A program made the translations under genes and the position numbers. From an uncultured Pseudobdellovibrionaceae bacterium (lineage in GTDB: Bacteria > Bdellovibrionota > Bdellovibrionia > Bdellovibrionales > UBA1609): a DNA stretch of 64,000 bases. The DNA is taken from contig CAZCYD010000003.1 in NCBI GenBank assembly GCA_964502735.1, positions 33,598 to 97,597 on the forward strand, given 5' to 3'. Below, one piece after another: positions 18,235 to 28,410 of this stretch (its first letter is position 1; each line of letters opens with the position of its first letter). Under the pieces are notes generated by a model. It searched no databases. It was not told where the DNA came from and was given only the letters and a program-made list of their open reading frames with translations.

Positions 18235-19994
18235 TGTGACACCCTAGAAGTATCTTTGAGTTTGCGAGAGTTTACTGACTTAGTCTTATGCCCTTTTGCC
18301 ATTGTTTGGTCCTTTTTTTTGTAGTTTAAAGCCGACTCAACAAAACTTGTAAAAAGCGGATGAGGCTGAAGAGGTTTCGACTTAAATTCCGGGTGAAACT
18401 GAACCCCCACAAACCAAGGGTGCTCTTGAATTTCTACAATCTCTACGAGATCTCGATCTCTACAAATACCTGAAAGGGTCATGCCATGTTTTTCAAAAAG
18501 CTGACGGTATTTATTATTAAATTCATAGCGATGGCGGTGACGCTCAGAAATAACATCGCTTTTATAAATTTTTTGTACTCTACTGCCCTTCACGAGATGG
18601 CAAGGATAGGCCCCCAACCTCATTGTGCCACCCTTGTTTTTTAATAACTTTTGCTCCTCCATGAAATCAATAACAAAATTGCGAACACCCTTACCCGTTG
18701 GTGCAAATTCACGGCTTGTGGCATCTTTGATGCCACAAACATTTCTGGCAAACTCAATAGAGGCCAATTGCATTCCGTAGCATATGCCAAAAAAAGGCAG
18801 TTCATTTTCTCTAGCGTAACGAATAGCTGCAATTTTCCCCTCAACGCCTCTTTCTCCAAATCCACCAGGCACCAATACCCCATCAATATTTTCAAGCGCT
18901 TGTTTTACATTTTTTTGGTTTAACTGCTCAGAATCTATATATACAATATTAACTTTAGATTTATTCGCTATACCTCCATGAGTTAAAGCTTCATTTAAAG
19001 ACTTGTAACTTTCTTTGAGGTCTACATACTTTCCTACAAGGCCTATTATAACTTCATGTTTAGGCTCTTTTAGAGTTTCTACCATTTTTTTCCAGTTGAT
19101 CATTTTTGCTTCTTCTTTTGGTAAACCTAAACGATCTACAATTTTTTGATCAAAGTTTTCCTCATGAAGAACCAGCGGAACATCGTAAATTGTCATAGAA
19201 TCAGTAGCCGCAATAACATACTCGGGACGAACACTGCAAAAAAGTCCAATTTTAGATTTTAACTCTCTATCTATGTTCTTTTCAGAACGACAAATAAGAA
19301 AGTCCGGCTGTATACCAACCTCTCTTAATTCTTTTACAGAGTGCTGAGTGGGCTTACTCTTAAGTTCGCCAGCCGCAGCTATATAGGGAACATAGGTAAC
19401 ATGCACAAAAACAGTGTTCTCAACACCCATGTCAACTCTCATTTGTCGTATGGCCTCAATAAAGGGAAGACCTTCAATATCTCCAATCGTTCCCCCAATC
19501 TCAACAATAATAACTTCAGACCCCTGAGCTGCCTCATAAATACTGTTTTTAATCTCGTCAGTAATATGAGGAATGACTTGGACTGTTCCACCTAAATAAT
19601 CTCCACGTCTTTCTTTAGAAATCACTCTCTCGTATATTTGCCCAGCCGTTATGCTGTTCGATCTATTTAAAGATACCGAGGTGAATCTTTCGTAATGACC
19701 AAGATCAAGATCCGTTTCTGCACCATCTTCAGTGACATAAACCTCTCCATGCTGAAGGGGGGACATCGTACCGGGGTCCACATTTATATAAGGGTCACAT
19801 TTCATAAGACTGACTTTGATTCCCCTAGACTCCAGCAGAGTTGCCAAACTTGCCGCGCTCAACCCCTTTCCTATAGATGAGACCACGCCCCCAGTTACAA
19901 ATATAAATTTCTGCACCAAGGGCTTATGAGTTGTCCTCGCTGTCCTAGTCATCTTTGCTGTTTTTCTTCTGGCCATGTTCTTTTTACTTCTCAT
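18231..19994 (-). CDS. pyrG: CTP synthase
   Basis: [42 protein letters not shown]. Confidence 0.98.
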   Translation of the reverse strand: MRSKKNMARRKTAKMTRTARTTHKPLVQKFIFVTGGVVSSIGKGLSAASLATLLESRGIKVSLMKCDPYINVDPGTMSPLQHGEVYVTEDGAETDLDLGHYERFTSVSLNRSNSITAGQIYERVISKERRGDYLGGTVQVIPHITDEIKNSIYEAAQGSEVIIVEIGGTIGDIEGLPFIEAIRQMRVDMGVENTVFVHVTYVPYIAAAGELKSKPTQHSVKELREVGIQPDFLICRSEKNIDRELKSKIGLFCSVRPEYVIAATDSMTIYDVPLVLHEENFDQKIVDRLGLPKEEAKMINWKKMVETLKEPKHEVIIGLVGKYVDLKESYKSLNEALTHGGIANKSKVNIVYIDSEQLNQKNVKQALENIDGVLVPGGFGERGVEGKIAAIRYARENELPFFGICYGMQLASIEFARNVCGIKDATSREFAPTGKGVRNFVIDFMEEQKLLKNKGGTMRLGAYPCHLVKGSRVQKIYKSDVISERHRHRYEFNNKYRQLFEKHGMTLSGICRDRDLVEIVEIQEHPWFVGVQFHPEFKSKPLQPHPLFTSFVESALNYKKKDQTMAKGHKTKSVNSRKLKDTSRVSQ

Positions 19995-20117
19995 TCTTTT
20001 TCCGTTTTTCTGCTTATATTTATCTAAATTACAACTATCTTTTGTCTGCTCTGTAACAATACCTCTACTTTATTCTTATCTTTATTCCATTTATCGCAGA
20101 TTTTTTATCGCTCATTT

Positions 20118-20870
20118 TTATGTTTTGCCCGTCTTTTTTTGCTCTCGAAGTATTATCCCTTCAACTTTATTCACATCACCAGGGGTGTCCACGCCCCAGG
20201 ATTCATAGTTTGTCTCAACAACTTTGATTTTGGCTCCTAAATACAGAGCTCGCAACTGCTCTAACCCTTCGCAGTTCTCAATGACTGTTACGGGACAACT
20301 ACAAAATCTCTCCAAAAAAGACTTTTTGTAAGCATAGACTCCCAAATGTTTTAAGGCTGCACGAGGAAAGGCTTCTAAACTCTCTCTGGTATAGGGAATT
20401 GGACAACGGCTAAAATAAATAGCATAGTTTTGGCTATCCAACACAATTTTTGCTGTATTTGGGGATATTAAACTTTCTGTATCCAAGGGCCGTGCCAGTG
20501 TAGACATTTCTAAATTATTTATTTCATAAAAAGGTTTTACCAGTTGATCTAAAATTTCACCTTGCACTAGAGGTTCATCCCCTTGAATATTAATAATTAT
20601 ATCTGCATCAATATTTTGAACGGCTGCCCAAACTCTATCACTACCACTAGGTAAACTTGAGTCGGTCATGACCGCCATAACTCCACACTGTTCGGCTAAG
20701 TTAGCAATCTCTACGCTGTCAGTTGCAACTAATAAGCTACCAATTTCACGACTGGTTTTTGCTCCTTCAATAACCCACTGAAGAAGGGGTTTATTTAGAA
20801 TTTTGTGGAGGGGCTTTCCAGGAAATCTAGTCGATGCAAATCGAGCGGGTATTACACCAACAACTTTCAA
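20118..20870 (-). CDS. kdsB: 3-deoxy-manno-octulosonate cytidylyltransferase
   Basis: IPARFASTRFPGKPL, SGSDR, NIQGDEP, HLGVYAY, EGLEQLRAL, GVDTP. Confidence 0.97.
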   Translation of the reverse strand: MKVVGVIPARFASTRFPGKPLHKILNKPLLQWVIEGAKTSREIGSLLVATDSVEIANLAEQCGVMAVMTDSSLPSGSDRVWAAVQNIDADIIINIQGDEPLVQGEILDQLVKPFYEINNLEMSTLARPLDTESLISPNTAKIVLDSQNYAIYFSRCPIPYTRESLEAFPRAALKHLGVYAYKKSFLERFCSCPVTVIENCEGLEQLRALYLGAKIKVVETNYESWGVDTPGDVNKVEGIILREQKKTGKT

Positions 20871-21448
20871 TTTTCCTCCCTTATCCAGTCTTGATAGATA
20901 TACTCTAACATAGGTTGCAAACCCTTTCCAGTTGCTGCAGATAGACTAAACACCCTATTAACAAAATCTTTTGATGATATAACTCTCTCCGCCTTTACCC
21001 GCTCTCCCTGTTTAGCCTTGTCTACCTTATTCAAAACCACACAAACTTTGTGACCCAATGAGGCTGCCCACTCAACCAGATTAGCCTCCTCCTCGCTCCA
21101 GTCTCGTCGAATATCCATGATTAGGAGTAGACCCGTCAGATTTTTGCGATTAGCTAAATACCCTTCTATCATTTCCTTCCAGGTTTCCTTTTCCTTAGGG
21201 GATCTCTTTGCATAACCATATCCGGGCATATCAACTAAATAGAAATCTTCGTTACATAGAAAAAAATTCAGAGTTACTGTCTTCCCAGGATTCTGACTCA
21301 CCTTAGCAACTTCTCGTCCCGCCAATTTATTAATCAACGAGGACTTCCCGGCATTTGACCTTCCCACAATAGCCACCTCAGGTCGCCTATCCAATGGGTA
21401 GTCTTTCTTGTGAACAGCACTGGTAATAAATTTGACTCGCATCGACAT
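20867..21448 (-). CDS. engB: Ribosome biogenesis GTPase YihA/EngB
   Basis: GRSNAGKSSLIN, PGKT, DMPGYGYA, NKVDK. Confidence 0.96.
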   Translation of the reverse strand: MSMRVKFITSAVHKKDYPLDRRPEVAIVGRSNAGKSSLINKLAGREVAKVSQNPGKTVTLNFFLCNEDFYLVDMPGYGYAKRSPKEKETWKEMIEGYLANRKNLTGLLLIMDIRRDWSEEEANLVEWAASLGHKVCVVLNKVDKAKQGERVKAERVISSKDFVNRVFSLSAATGKGLQPMLEYIYQDWIREEN

Positions 21449-21658
21449 AACCCGTTGTTTTGTCCGAATTCTAAGACGAAATCAACTACTTTCGGACATT
21501 TTTCAAGAATTATTAGGTCTATTCAAAATTATAACATTCTGGTCTTGGTACTACTTTTGTTATGGCTCCTCATAGAAAGATAAAACTGCTGAGGGTGAGT
21601 ACCATTGCGCATGTAGTCCTCTCGCATCCTAGACAAAAAACAAACTGAGGAACTGAAT

Positions 21659-22939
21659 ATGTCAACAAAACAAATGATAAAATCTAATTCTAAAGCTCCA
21701 TTTGAGCGTGGTTTTTTAACATGGCTAGGGCCTCATCAGTCAGAAATTCACGAAGTCGGAGAGTTCACAACAATAGGCCGAGATCCCAACTGTGATATTT
21801 ATTTAGACAACCCATTTGTTTCAACACGGCATGCACGATTGAAAAAGAGGGATAATCGTTATCTTATTGAAGATATACGCAGTAAAAATGGAACCTACGT
21901 CAATGGAACTCGAGTTGTCGAAGCTGAACTCAGAGACAAAGACCGGATTATTATTGGAGAAAAAGAGTTTCTCTTTAGCATTGAATTTGAAAATAAAAAA
22001 GATCAGATAACTTTGTCTAGCAAAAACGAAAAATGGAATTCACAACTTGAAAGATTGCCCCGAATGGCAGAAAGCGACTTTCCAATAATGATTACAGGGC
22101 CTTCTGGTACGGGAAAGGAAATTTTGGCCCAACTTATCCATCGGTATTCACGTCGCAGCTATGGACCGTTCATCAGTGTAAACTGCTCAGCTCTGAGCGA
22201 GAACTTAGTTGAAAGTGAACTTTTCGGGCATCTTAAGGGAAGCTTCACAGGGGCTGAGCTTAATCGCAAAGGGGCTTTTGAAAGCGCCAGGGGAGGAACC
22301 CTCTTTCTAGATGAAATTGGCGATCTCCCAATAAGTCTTCAGCCTAAACTACTTAGAGCCCTTGAAAACTCAGAGGTCAAACCTGTTGGCAGTGATGAGT
22401 CCCTCAAAACAGATGTTAGGATTATAGCAGCTACCCATAATACTCTTAAAGAAAAGGTCAGAAAGGGGCATTTTAGAGAAGACCTTTATTTTCGTTTAAA
22501 TGTTTTGAACATTTCTCCTCCAGCTTTAAACAAGAGAATGGAAGATTTTGAGAGCCTACTGTACTATTTTGCCAAAGAGTATCGAGTCAGCTTTTCTCAT
22601 CTTGCAATTCAGAAACTAAAACAACACTCATGGCCAGGCAATATCCGTGAACTTCGCAACCTTATAGCTAAAGCCTCAACAATTTTTTCAAGTCGATCTA
22701 TATCAGAAGAGAATATTGATGGTCTCATTGATAAAAACTATTTAAGTCCGGTTTCTATTGAAAGCTTTGTAAAGGACAATCTCACTCTCAAAGAAATTGA
22801 AAGAGAAGTTATATGCAAGTCACTTGCTAATCATGGTGGAAACCAACGTCGCGTTGCAGAGACCCTAGGTTTAGCTAAATCTACACTCAACGACAGAATT
22901 AAACACCATAAAATCGATTTATTGGAGTTTAATAAATAG
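21659..22939 (+). CDS. FHA-domain sigma54-dependent enhancer-binding protein (FHA-AAA+-HTH)
   Basis: FHA (IGRD...VSTRHA...SKNGTYVNG), GPSGTGKE, ESELFGH-GSFTGA, LFLDEIG, WPGNIREL, Fis-type HTH; no receiver domain. Confidence 0.95.
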   Translation: MSTKQMIKSNSKAPFERGFLTWLGPHQSEIHEVGEFTTIGRDPNCDIYLDNPFVSTRHARLKKRDNRYLIEDIRSKNGTYVNGTRVVEAELRDKDRIIIGEKEFLFSIEFENKKDQITLSSKNEKWNSQLERLPRMAESDFPIMITGPSGTGKEILAQLIHRYSRRSYGPFISVNCSALSENLVESELFGHLKGSFTGAELNRKGAFESARGGTLFLDEIGDLPISLQPKLLRALENSEVKPVGSDESLKTDVRIIAATHNTLKEKVRKGHFREDLYFRLNVLNISPPALNKRMEDFESLLYYFAKEYRVSFSHLAIQKLKQHSWPGNIRELRNLIAKASTIFSSRSISEENIDGLIDKNYLSPVSIESFVKDNLTLKEIEREVICKSLANHGGNQRRVAETLGLAKSTLNDRIKHHKIDLLEFNK

Positions 22940-22945
22940 AAATTA

Positions 22946-23926
22946 CTATTTTTTAGTTACAATTGTATTTATATAAACTTTGGTGACTCGCCCCTGATTC
23001 AAAATGTTATTAACTTCTGACCTTACTAGTGCCTTGAGCTTCAATAACCCTGGCTTAGTTTGAATTTCATTGTAAGTAAATTCCTCTACAGCCCTCTGTG
23101 TGGCATCTAAGACGTGAGATTTTCTATCACTTATTTCCACAGCTGTGTCCTGAGAATCCAATTCTAAATAAAATTCTATAACCGTCATAGGGTTTTCAAA
23201 CGGATGACTTCTTTTCAAGTTCACAACCACTTTATCTAACAGCACAAAATACTCAGGTTGAGGAAATGCACGATACAAACTCATCCAACGACTACTATTT
23301 TCTATAGACAGCTCAAAATTAGCTAACTCTGAAATTGACTTGTGTAGAGGTTTATAAATTTGTGGAATCCAATTTTTTTTAAAACTCAAATAAACTCCAA
23401 ATACAATTCCCAATGTAAACACCAACAAAACAATAATTCCAGTCTTATTTTTTACAGATAAGGAACTAATTGCCATCCACTGAGATTTAACTCCTTGAAT
23501 AAAGAAGCTTCCACTTTTTTTCGCAACAGAAAAGAACAAAACTCCAAGTTTTGGGATCTCATATTTAATAAAATTAAAAATCTTGACTTTAAAATAAGAA
23601 ATCTTAATTTGAAAGTCCCGATAGATATTTGATAAATTTTTTTTTATTCTGCTTATAGCTACTTTAAAGACATTAGAGTTTTTCGTCTCATCAGATGAAT
23701 TAGTATCGATTAAGTCTGTTGGCAGCGATTTTTCATCTCCAAACTCAACAAAGTCCATGGGTTCAACATTGGCATCTTTCAGAGTTTGATCACTTGATAT
23801 GGCAGACATTTCTTCAACAAACTGAGGATCTTCTTCTGCCAAAATTGAGTCTAGATCATCTAGAGAAATCACCCCGTCATCTACCTGAGCCTCTGTTTCA
23901 TTCTCAATTTTATTCTCATCACTCAT
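22946..23926 (-). CDS. fliL: FliL-family protein with a long acidic N-terminal extension
   Basis: Single TM then LDKVVVNL...EFYLEL...G..KLK..VRSEVNNILNQGRVTKVYI. Confidence 0.75.
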   Translation of the reverse strand: MSDENKIENETEAQVDDGVISLDDLDSILAEEDPQFVEEMSAISSDQTLKDANVEPMDFVEFGDEKSLPTDLIDTNSSDETKNSNVFKVAISRIKKNLSNIYRDFQIKISYFKVKIFNFIKYEIPKLGVLFFSVAKKSGSFFIQGVKSQWMAISSLSVKNKTGIIVLLVFTLGIVFGVYLSFKKNWIPQIYKPLHKSISELANFELSIENSSRWMSLYRAFPQPEYFVLLDKVVVNLKRSHPFENPMTVIEFYLELDSQDTAVEISDRKSHVLDATQRAVEEFTYNEIQTKPGLLKLKALVRSEVNNILNQGRVTKVYINTIVTKK

Positions 23927-24002
23927 ATCTAAATATCATAAATGAACTGGACTTTAAAATCAGCGTCTTATTCCGAAACATATACAAAGGGAGACCTAAT
24001 CT

Positions 24003-24650
24003 ATGAATTTTATGACTTTAGTCTTAATGGCTATCAGTTTTACTGGATGTACTCATCTGGATAGACATGAAAACAGTGGATATAAATACACTGGAGAAAC
24101 AGATACAACACATTCTCAAGTTCAACAGTTTTATATAGATCAATCGACAAATGAAAAAAATATTGCCTATGCAGAACTTGGGCTAGATCCTTACCGTTCA
24201 CTTTCCGAGGAAGATTCAAAAAGACTTAGACTTCGCCTCCAACTCAGAAGAATAGAGCAGCGTTTGATTACTGAAAGTGAAAGAAAACAGTACTACTTTT
24301 ATAAACCTATGCTCAGAAGTGATGCCGAAAGAATCTTTTTCCTGAACCTAAACAATATGGCATTAAGAGAAAAATACGCAAAAGATAAAGATTTAATAAG
24401 TAAATTTCACGATTTCGATGATGCCACTTTGCAGCTAATTGAAGAAAATGATATTGGAGTTGGAATGAACCAACAGGCCGTTAGAGAAAGCTGGGGAGAT
24501 CCCGATAGCGTAGAAGTCGCTGGGAGTGAAATGTATGGAAACCAGGCCTGGAGATATACAAAAATGATTTCCTCTAATGAAGGATACAAAAAAGAAACCC
24601 GTATCATATACTTCGAGTCAGGTAGAGTTGTCGGCTGGGAAAGTCTGTAA
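24003..24650 (+). CDS. Putative lipoprotein with a BamE/SmpA-like C-terminal domain
   Basis: Lipobox FTG-C; GMNQQAVRESWGDPD...NQAWRY...IYFESGRVVGW. Confidence 0.65.
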   Translation: MNFMTLVLMAISFTGCTHLDRHENSGYKYTGETDTTHSQVQQFYIDQSTNEKNIAYAELGLDPYRSLSEEDSKRLRLRLQLRRIEQRLITESERKQYYFYKPMLRSDAERIFFLNLNNMALREKYAKDKDLISKFHDFDDATLQLIEENDIGVGMNQQAVRESWGDPDSVEVAGSEMYGNQAWRYTKMISSNEGYKKETRIIYFESGRVVGWESL

Positions 24651-24749
24651 AAATGAGTCGTACTCACTATGATTCTATCTGATGACCCCTGTTTTGACTG
24701 TCTAAAAAATTATCTGTCGAATTAAGTGGTAAATAATATAGACGAGTTT

Positions 24750-27296
24750 CTAGGCGTGTGCATCTTCCCAGTTTTTTCCCCAAGCAATATTAACTTTAAG
24801 GGGAACCTTCAGAGGAAATATCTTTTCCAAAACAAATTTTAATTCTTTTGCCTTTTCAGCAACTGCGGACTCTTCAACTTCAAAAAGAAGTTCATCATGA
24901 ACTTGGATCAAAATTCTTGCATCTGTACTTTGATAAATTTCAATCATTGCTTTTTTCATAAGATCACTAGCCGTACCTTGTATTGGCGCATTGATAGCCG
25001 CTCGTTCGGCAAATTTTCTTAATCCACCATTCTTACTATTGATATCCTTTATAAATCTTTTACGACCAAATAATGTGGATACAAATCCATTTCTTTGCGC
25101 CGTAACTATAATACCTTCCATATAAGATTTTACATTTTTAAACTTAAGGAAATAATTATCAATTATTTCCTTAGCTTCACCTCTTGAAATATTAAGCGAC
25201 TCCGATAAACCAAAAGCTCCCTGCCCATATGCGATTCCAAAATTTACAGCTTTAGCCTTTCTCCTAAGTTCAGAATCTACGAGTTCTAAATTCACATTAA
25301 ATATCTCAGAAGCTGTGGCCGCGTGAATATCAAGATCCTTTGAAAAAGCATTTATTAAATTTGGGTCCTCAGTGATGTGAGCTAATATTCTAAGTTCTAT
25401 CTGTGAGTAGTCGATCGAAAGCAAGACTTTTCCCTCTGGTGCGGTAAAAGCTTTACGAACTCTCTTTCCTGCCTCGGTGCGTATCGGTATATTTTGCAGA
25501 TTCGGATTTACACTACTAAGTCGCCCTGTTGTTGTTACTGCCTGCTTAAACGAAGAGTGTATTCTATTTGTTTCGGGATTTATTAGCTTTGGCAAAACAT
25601 CAATGTACGTAGAAATAAGTTTAGAGTATTCACGGTACTCTATAATCTTCTCACAAATAGGGTGGTGTGGAATTAATTTTTCTAAAACTTCAGCATCAGT
25701 AGAGTAACCAGTCTTTGTTTTTTTTACAACTGGGAGTTTTAGCTTTTCAAAAAGAATATTTCCCAATTGTTTAGGGCTTGAAATGTTAAATTTTTCTCCG
25801 GCCAACTCATGAATTTCATTTTCTAGATTCACTAAATCGGCATGTATCCTCTGACTTTGTCGATTCAGCTCCTCAACATCCACACAAATTCCTAGTTTTT
25901 CCATTTCATAAAGTACAGGAACCAAAGGTAACTCAATTTTACCCAGCACATTTTTTTCATCAACTTCATTGAGCTTTTCTATAATCAACGGTTCTAGCTC
26001 TTTATAACAGGCCACATACTCTCTTCCTGCTGGAAAGTCGGGAAATTTTTTTCCAGTAAACTGTTCATAAATTTGTGAAAAACTATTTATCGCGGTCGAA
26101 AAGCACACGTAAGCCGCCAGCATAAAATCCATTTTTGGGTTACTTACTTTTGTCAGCCGAAGTTCGTGCCAAATACTTTTTAAATCATAGCCGTTCCACA
26201 GTAGTTTTTTATCACTTAATGTTGGACCAAAACTTCCGTCGAACGGCAATGTCCAAATGAATTTATCAAAAAAAAGATAAATTCCCCTCTCTCCTTTTAG
26301 GGCAAGAACCTCAGAGTAAGGGGGCAGAACTTCCTTAAGCTCATCAACTGTGGGCACTTTTTCTTCCCATTGTTGAATATCCAACGTCTTCTGCCGATTA
26401 TTGGGCACCTTATTATCTACTGATTCTAAAGTTTTCGTTGAGTTTGTCGCCCCTAACAAGCTCCTTTCAAAATTCTTAAAACTCAATTCCTCTAAAGTTT
26501 TGCCAAGCTTTTCTTTATTGATTTCTTTAGGTCGCAAAGACTCCGGAGTAATTTGAAAGTCCAAGTCGCTAACAATTGTAACAAGACTTCGAGATAAATA
26601 CGCCTTATCCTTACTTTCCATCAATTTTGTCTTGATAGATTTTGAAGCTATCTTATCAAGATTTTCATAAATACCATCTAGCGTTTTATATTCGCTCAAT
26701 AATTTTTCAGCACCTTTAGGACCAATGCCCCTAACTCCTGGAATGTTATCGCTACTATCTCCAACTATGGCCAAATAATCTACCATTTGATGAGGCAGAA
26801 CCCCCCACTTTTGCAAGACCCCTTCTTGATCATATTTTTTATCCTTCATAGTGTCGTACATAGAAACAAACGGCCCCACTAGCTGGGCAAAGTCTTTGTC
26901 GCCACTAACAATAACAACTTCCCAATTGTGTTTTAAACCATAAGAAGTCAGGCTTCCAATAACATCATCGGCCTCAAAGCCCAACTGATCAAATCTAGGA
27001 ATTCCTAACTCGTCAGTTAATGTTTTTAAGTAAGGAACTTGAAGAGCTAAGTCCTGAGGCATGTCTTCTCGGTTGGCTTTATAATCAGAATACATATCAA
27101 ATCTAAAAGATTTTTCTTTTCTATCAAAACAAAATGCCAAATAGTCCGGCTTGATTTCACGCAGTAATTTTACGGTCATATTTAAAAAGCCATACAAAGC
27201 ATTAGTGGGAAGACCCTCTTTGTTTGATAGAGGAGGAATCGCGTAATAGGCTCTAAAAAATAGGGAACTAACATCAACTAGATAAAGCTTTTTCAC
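24750..27296 (-). CDS. polA: DNA polymerase I
   Basis: 5'-3' exonuclease (FRAYYA, GFEADD, SGDKD, GDSSDNIPGV), polymerase motifs TTTGRLSS, DYSQIELR, KAVNFG, QVHDEL. Confidence 0.98.
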   Translation of the reverse strand: MKKLYLVDVSSLFFRAYYAIPPLSNKEGLPTNALYGFLNMTVKLLREIKPDYLAFCFDRKEKSFRFDMYSDYKANREDMPQDLALQVPYLKTLTDELGIPRFDQLGFEADDVIGSLTSYGLKHNWEVVIVSGDKDFAQLVGPFVSMYDTMKDKKYDQEGVLQKWGVLPHQMVDYLAIVGDSSDNIPGVRGIGPKGAEKLLSEYKTLDGIYENLDKIASKSIKTKLMESKDKAYLSRSLVTIVSDLDFQITPESLRPKEINKEKLGKTLEELSFKNFERSLLGATNSTKTLESVDNKVPNNRQKTLDIQQWEEKVPTVDELKEVLPPYSEVLALKGERGIYLFFDKFIWTLPFDGSFGPTLSDKKLLWNGYDLKSIWHELRLTKVSNPKMDFMLAAYVCFSTAINSFSQIYEQFTGKKFPDFPAGREYVACYKELEPLIIEKLNEVDEKNVLGKIELPLVPVLYEMEKLGICVDVEELNRQSQRIHADLVNLENEIHELAGEKFNISSPKQLGNILFEKLKLPVVKKTKTGYSTDAEVLEKLIPHHPICEKIIEYREYSKLISTYIDVLPKLINPETNRIHSSFKQAVTTTGRLSSVNPNLQNIPIRTEAGKRVRKAFTAPEGKVLLSIDYSQIELRILAHITEDPNLINAFSKDLDIHAATASEIFNVNLELVDSELRRKAKAVNFGIAYGQGAFGLSESLNISRGEAKEIIDNYFLKFKNVKSYMEGIIVTAQRNGFVSTLFGRKRFIKDINSKNGGLRKFAERAAINAPIQGTASDLMKKAMIEIYQSTDARILIQVHDELLFEVEESAVAEKAKELKFVLEKIFPLKVPLKVNIAWGKNWEDAHA

Positions 27297-27302
27297 TTTC
27301 GT

Positions 27303-27587
27303 CTACTTTTCTATCTTCTCAAGATCTGACGGAGAAACTTGATCCAAGCCTTGATCCTTCATGAGGATCTCAAGTCGAGCTCTTTCTGCAATTTCATGTG
27401 AACAATCCATGCTCAGCTCTTCTATTTCGGTTAGTTTATTGACGGCCTCCCAATCTGGAACCGACCTTTCTAGCTCCCATTCCAATACCAGTTTGTGACT
27501 ACAGCCAATTCTCCTAGCCAAGTCATCTGGGCTCCAACTCATCTTTCTTCTCAAATTCCGAATTTTAGTTCCGTTCCAGCTCATCAT
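27303..27587 (-). CDS. XRE-family helix-turn-helix protein
   Basis: IRNLRRKMSWSPDDLARRIGC...VLEWE; SD AAGGAG. Confidence 0.8.
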   Translation of the reverse strand: MMSWNGTKIRNLRRKMSWSPDDLARRIGCSHKLVLEWELERSVPDWEAVNKLTEIEELSMDCSHEIAERARLEILMKDQGLDQVSPSDLEKIEK

Positions 27588-27746
27588 AAAGCTCCTTCAG
27601 AAAACTAGAGGATTCACCCCTACTGTTTTCTTTATGAGCTATTTTTCTTCTATGAGCAAGAGTCTTATCTCTACAATACTAAGACCCAAAACTATGACTC
27701 ATATAAAGCCATACGTGCCTTTTTGCGTCATGTTTTTATTCAAATT

Positions 27747-27953
27747 TCAGGGATAAACTCTGACGTTAGAAGCCTCCCAGCCAGTTCTAGTCTCAAACAA
27801 GTCAAAATAAACAACGGATCCACCACTCAAATGCCTTTTTGTTTCGGGATCCACTATGGAAGTATAGTGAAAATAAATTTGGCGACCATCGTAGTCGCCA
27901 ATAAAGCCAAATCCCTGATTGTCATTAAACCACATAACTCGACCTGAATTCAT
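27747..27953 (-). CDS. Cold-shock domain protein; start adjusted to the ATG at 27953
   Basis: GRVMWFNDNQGFGFI (RNP1), IYFHYTSI (RNP2); SD AAGGAG upstream of 27953. Confidence 0.85.
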   Translation of the reverse strand: MNSGRVMWFNDNQGFGFIGDYDGRQIYFHYTSIVDPETKRHLSGGSVVYFDLFETRTGWEASNVRVYP

Positions 27954-27969
27954 CAATGAACTCCTTTGG

Positions 27970-28284
27970 TTATTGTTTATCTGAAAAAACAAAAATTAAA
28001 TCACCCTTTCCAACATAATCAAGTTGATCGCGAACTTCCCACTCCAAAAAACTTGGATCTGAAACTCGTTGCAACTTCGCTGTAATAAGCTCCATATCCA
28101 CCTGTATTTTTTGAATTTTAGATTGTAACAATTTTTGATCCTGCTGAAGTCTCCAAAGGCGAAAAATGCTTCCCTCAAGAATCAAACTAAAGAACATAAC
28201 CACTAGACATGCGATTAAGATTTTTCTCGGCTGGTGTAACATGTCGTGTAGCCAAGTAAACAAATTTACTAAAAGACGACTCAC
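27970..28284 (-). CDS. ftsB: Septum formation initiator FtsB/DivIC family
   Basis: One TM, coiled coil, FLEWEVRDQLDYVGKGDLIFVF; follows eno as in many bacteria. Confidence 0.8.
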   Translation of the reverse strand: MSRLLVNLFTWLHDMLHQPRKILIACLVVMFFSLILEGSIFRLWRLQQDQKLLQSKIQKIQVDMELITAKLQRVSDPSFLEWEVRDQLDYVGKGDLIFVFSDKQ

Positions 28285-28290
28285 CCTTTC

Positions 28291-28320
28291 ATTATACAGG
28301 AAAAATAAAAAATACTACAA
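28291..28320 (-). promoter_or_regulatory. sigma70-type promoter, probably leaderless ftsB
   Basis: TTGTAG-N18-TATAAT-6 nt-GTG. Confidence 0.5.
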
Positions 28321-28410
28321 TAATATAATTAAATAGAGGCGACTAGACTTTAGGCTATGCCCAAATAGTCTACCAACCCACGGGCCGCCAATCCTATAAA
28401 CCGCCAATAA

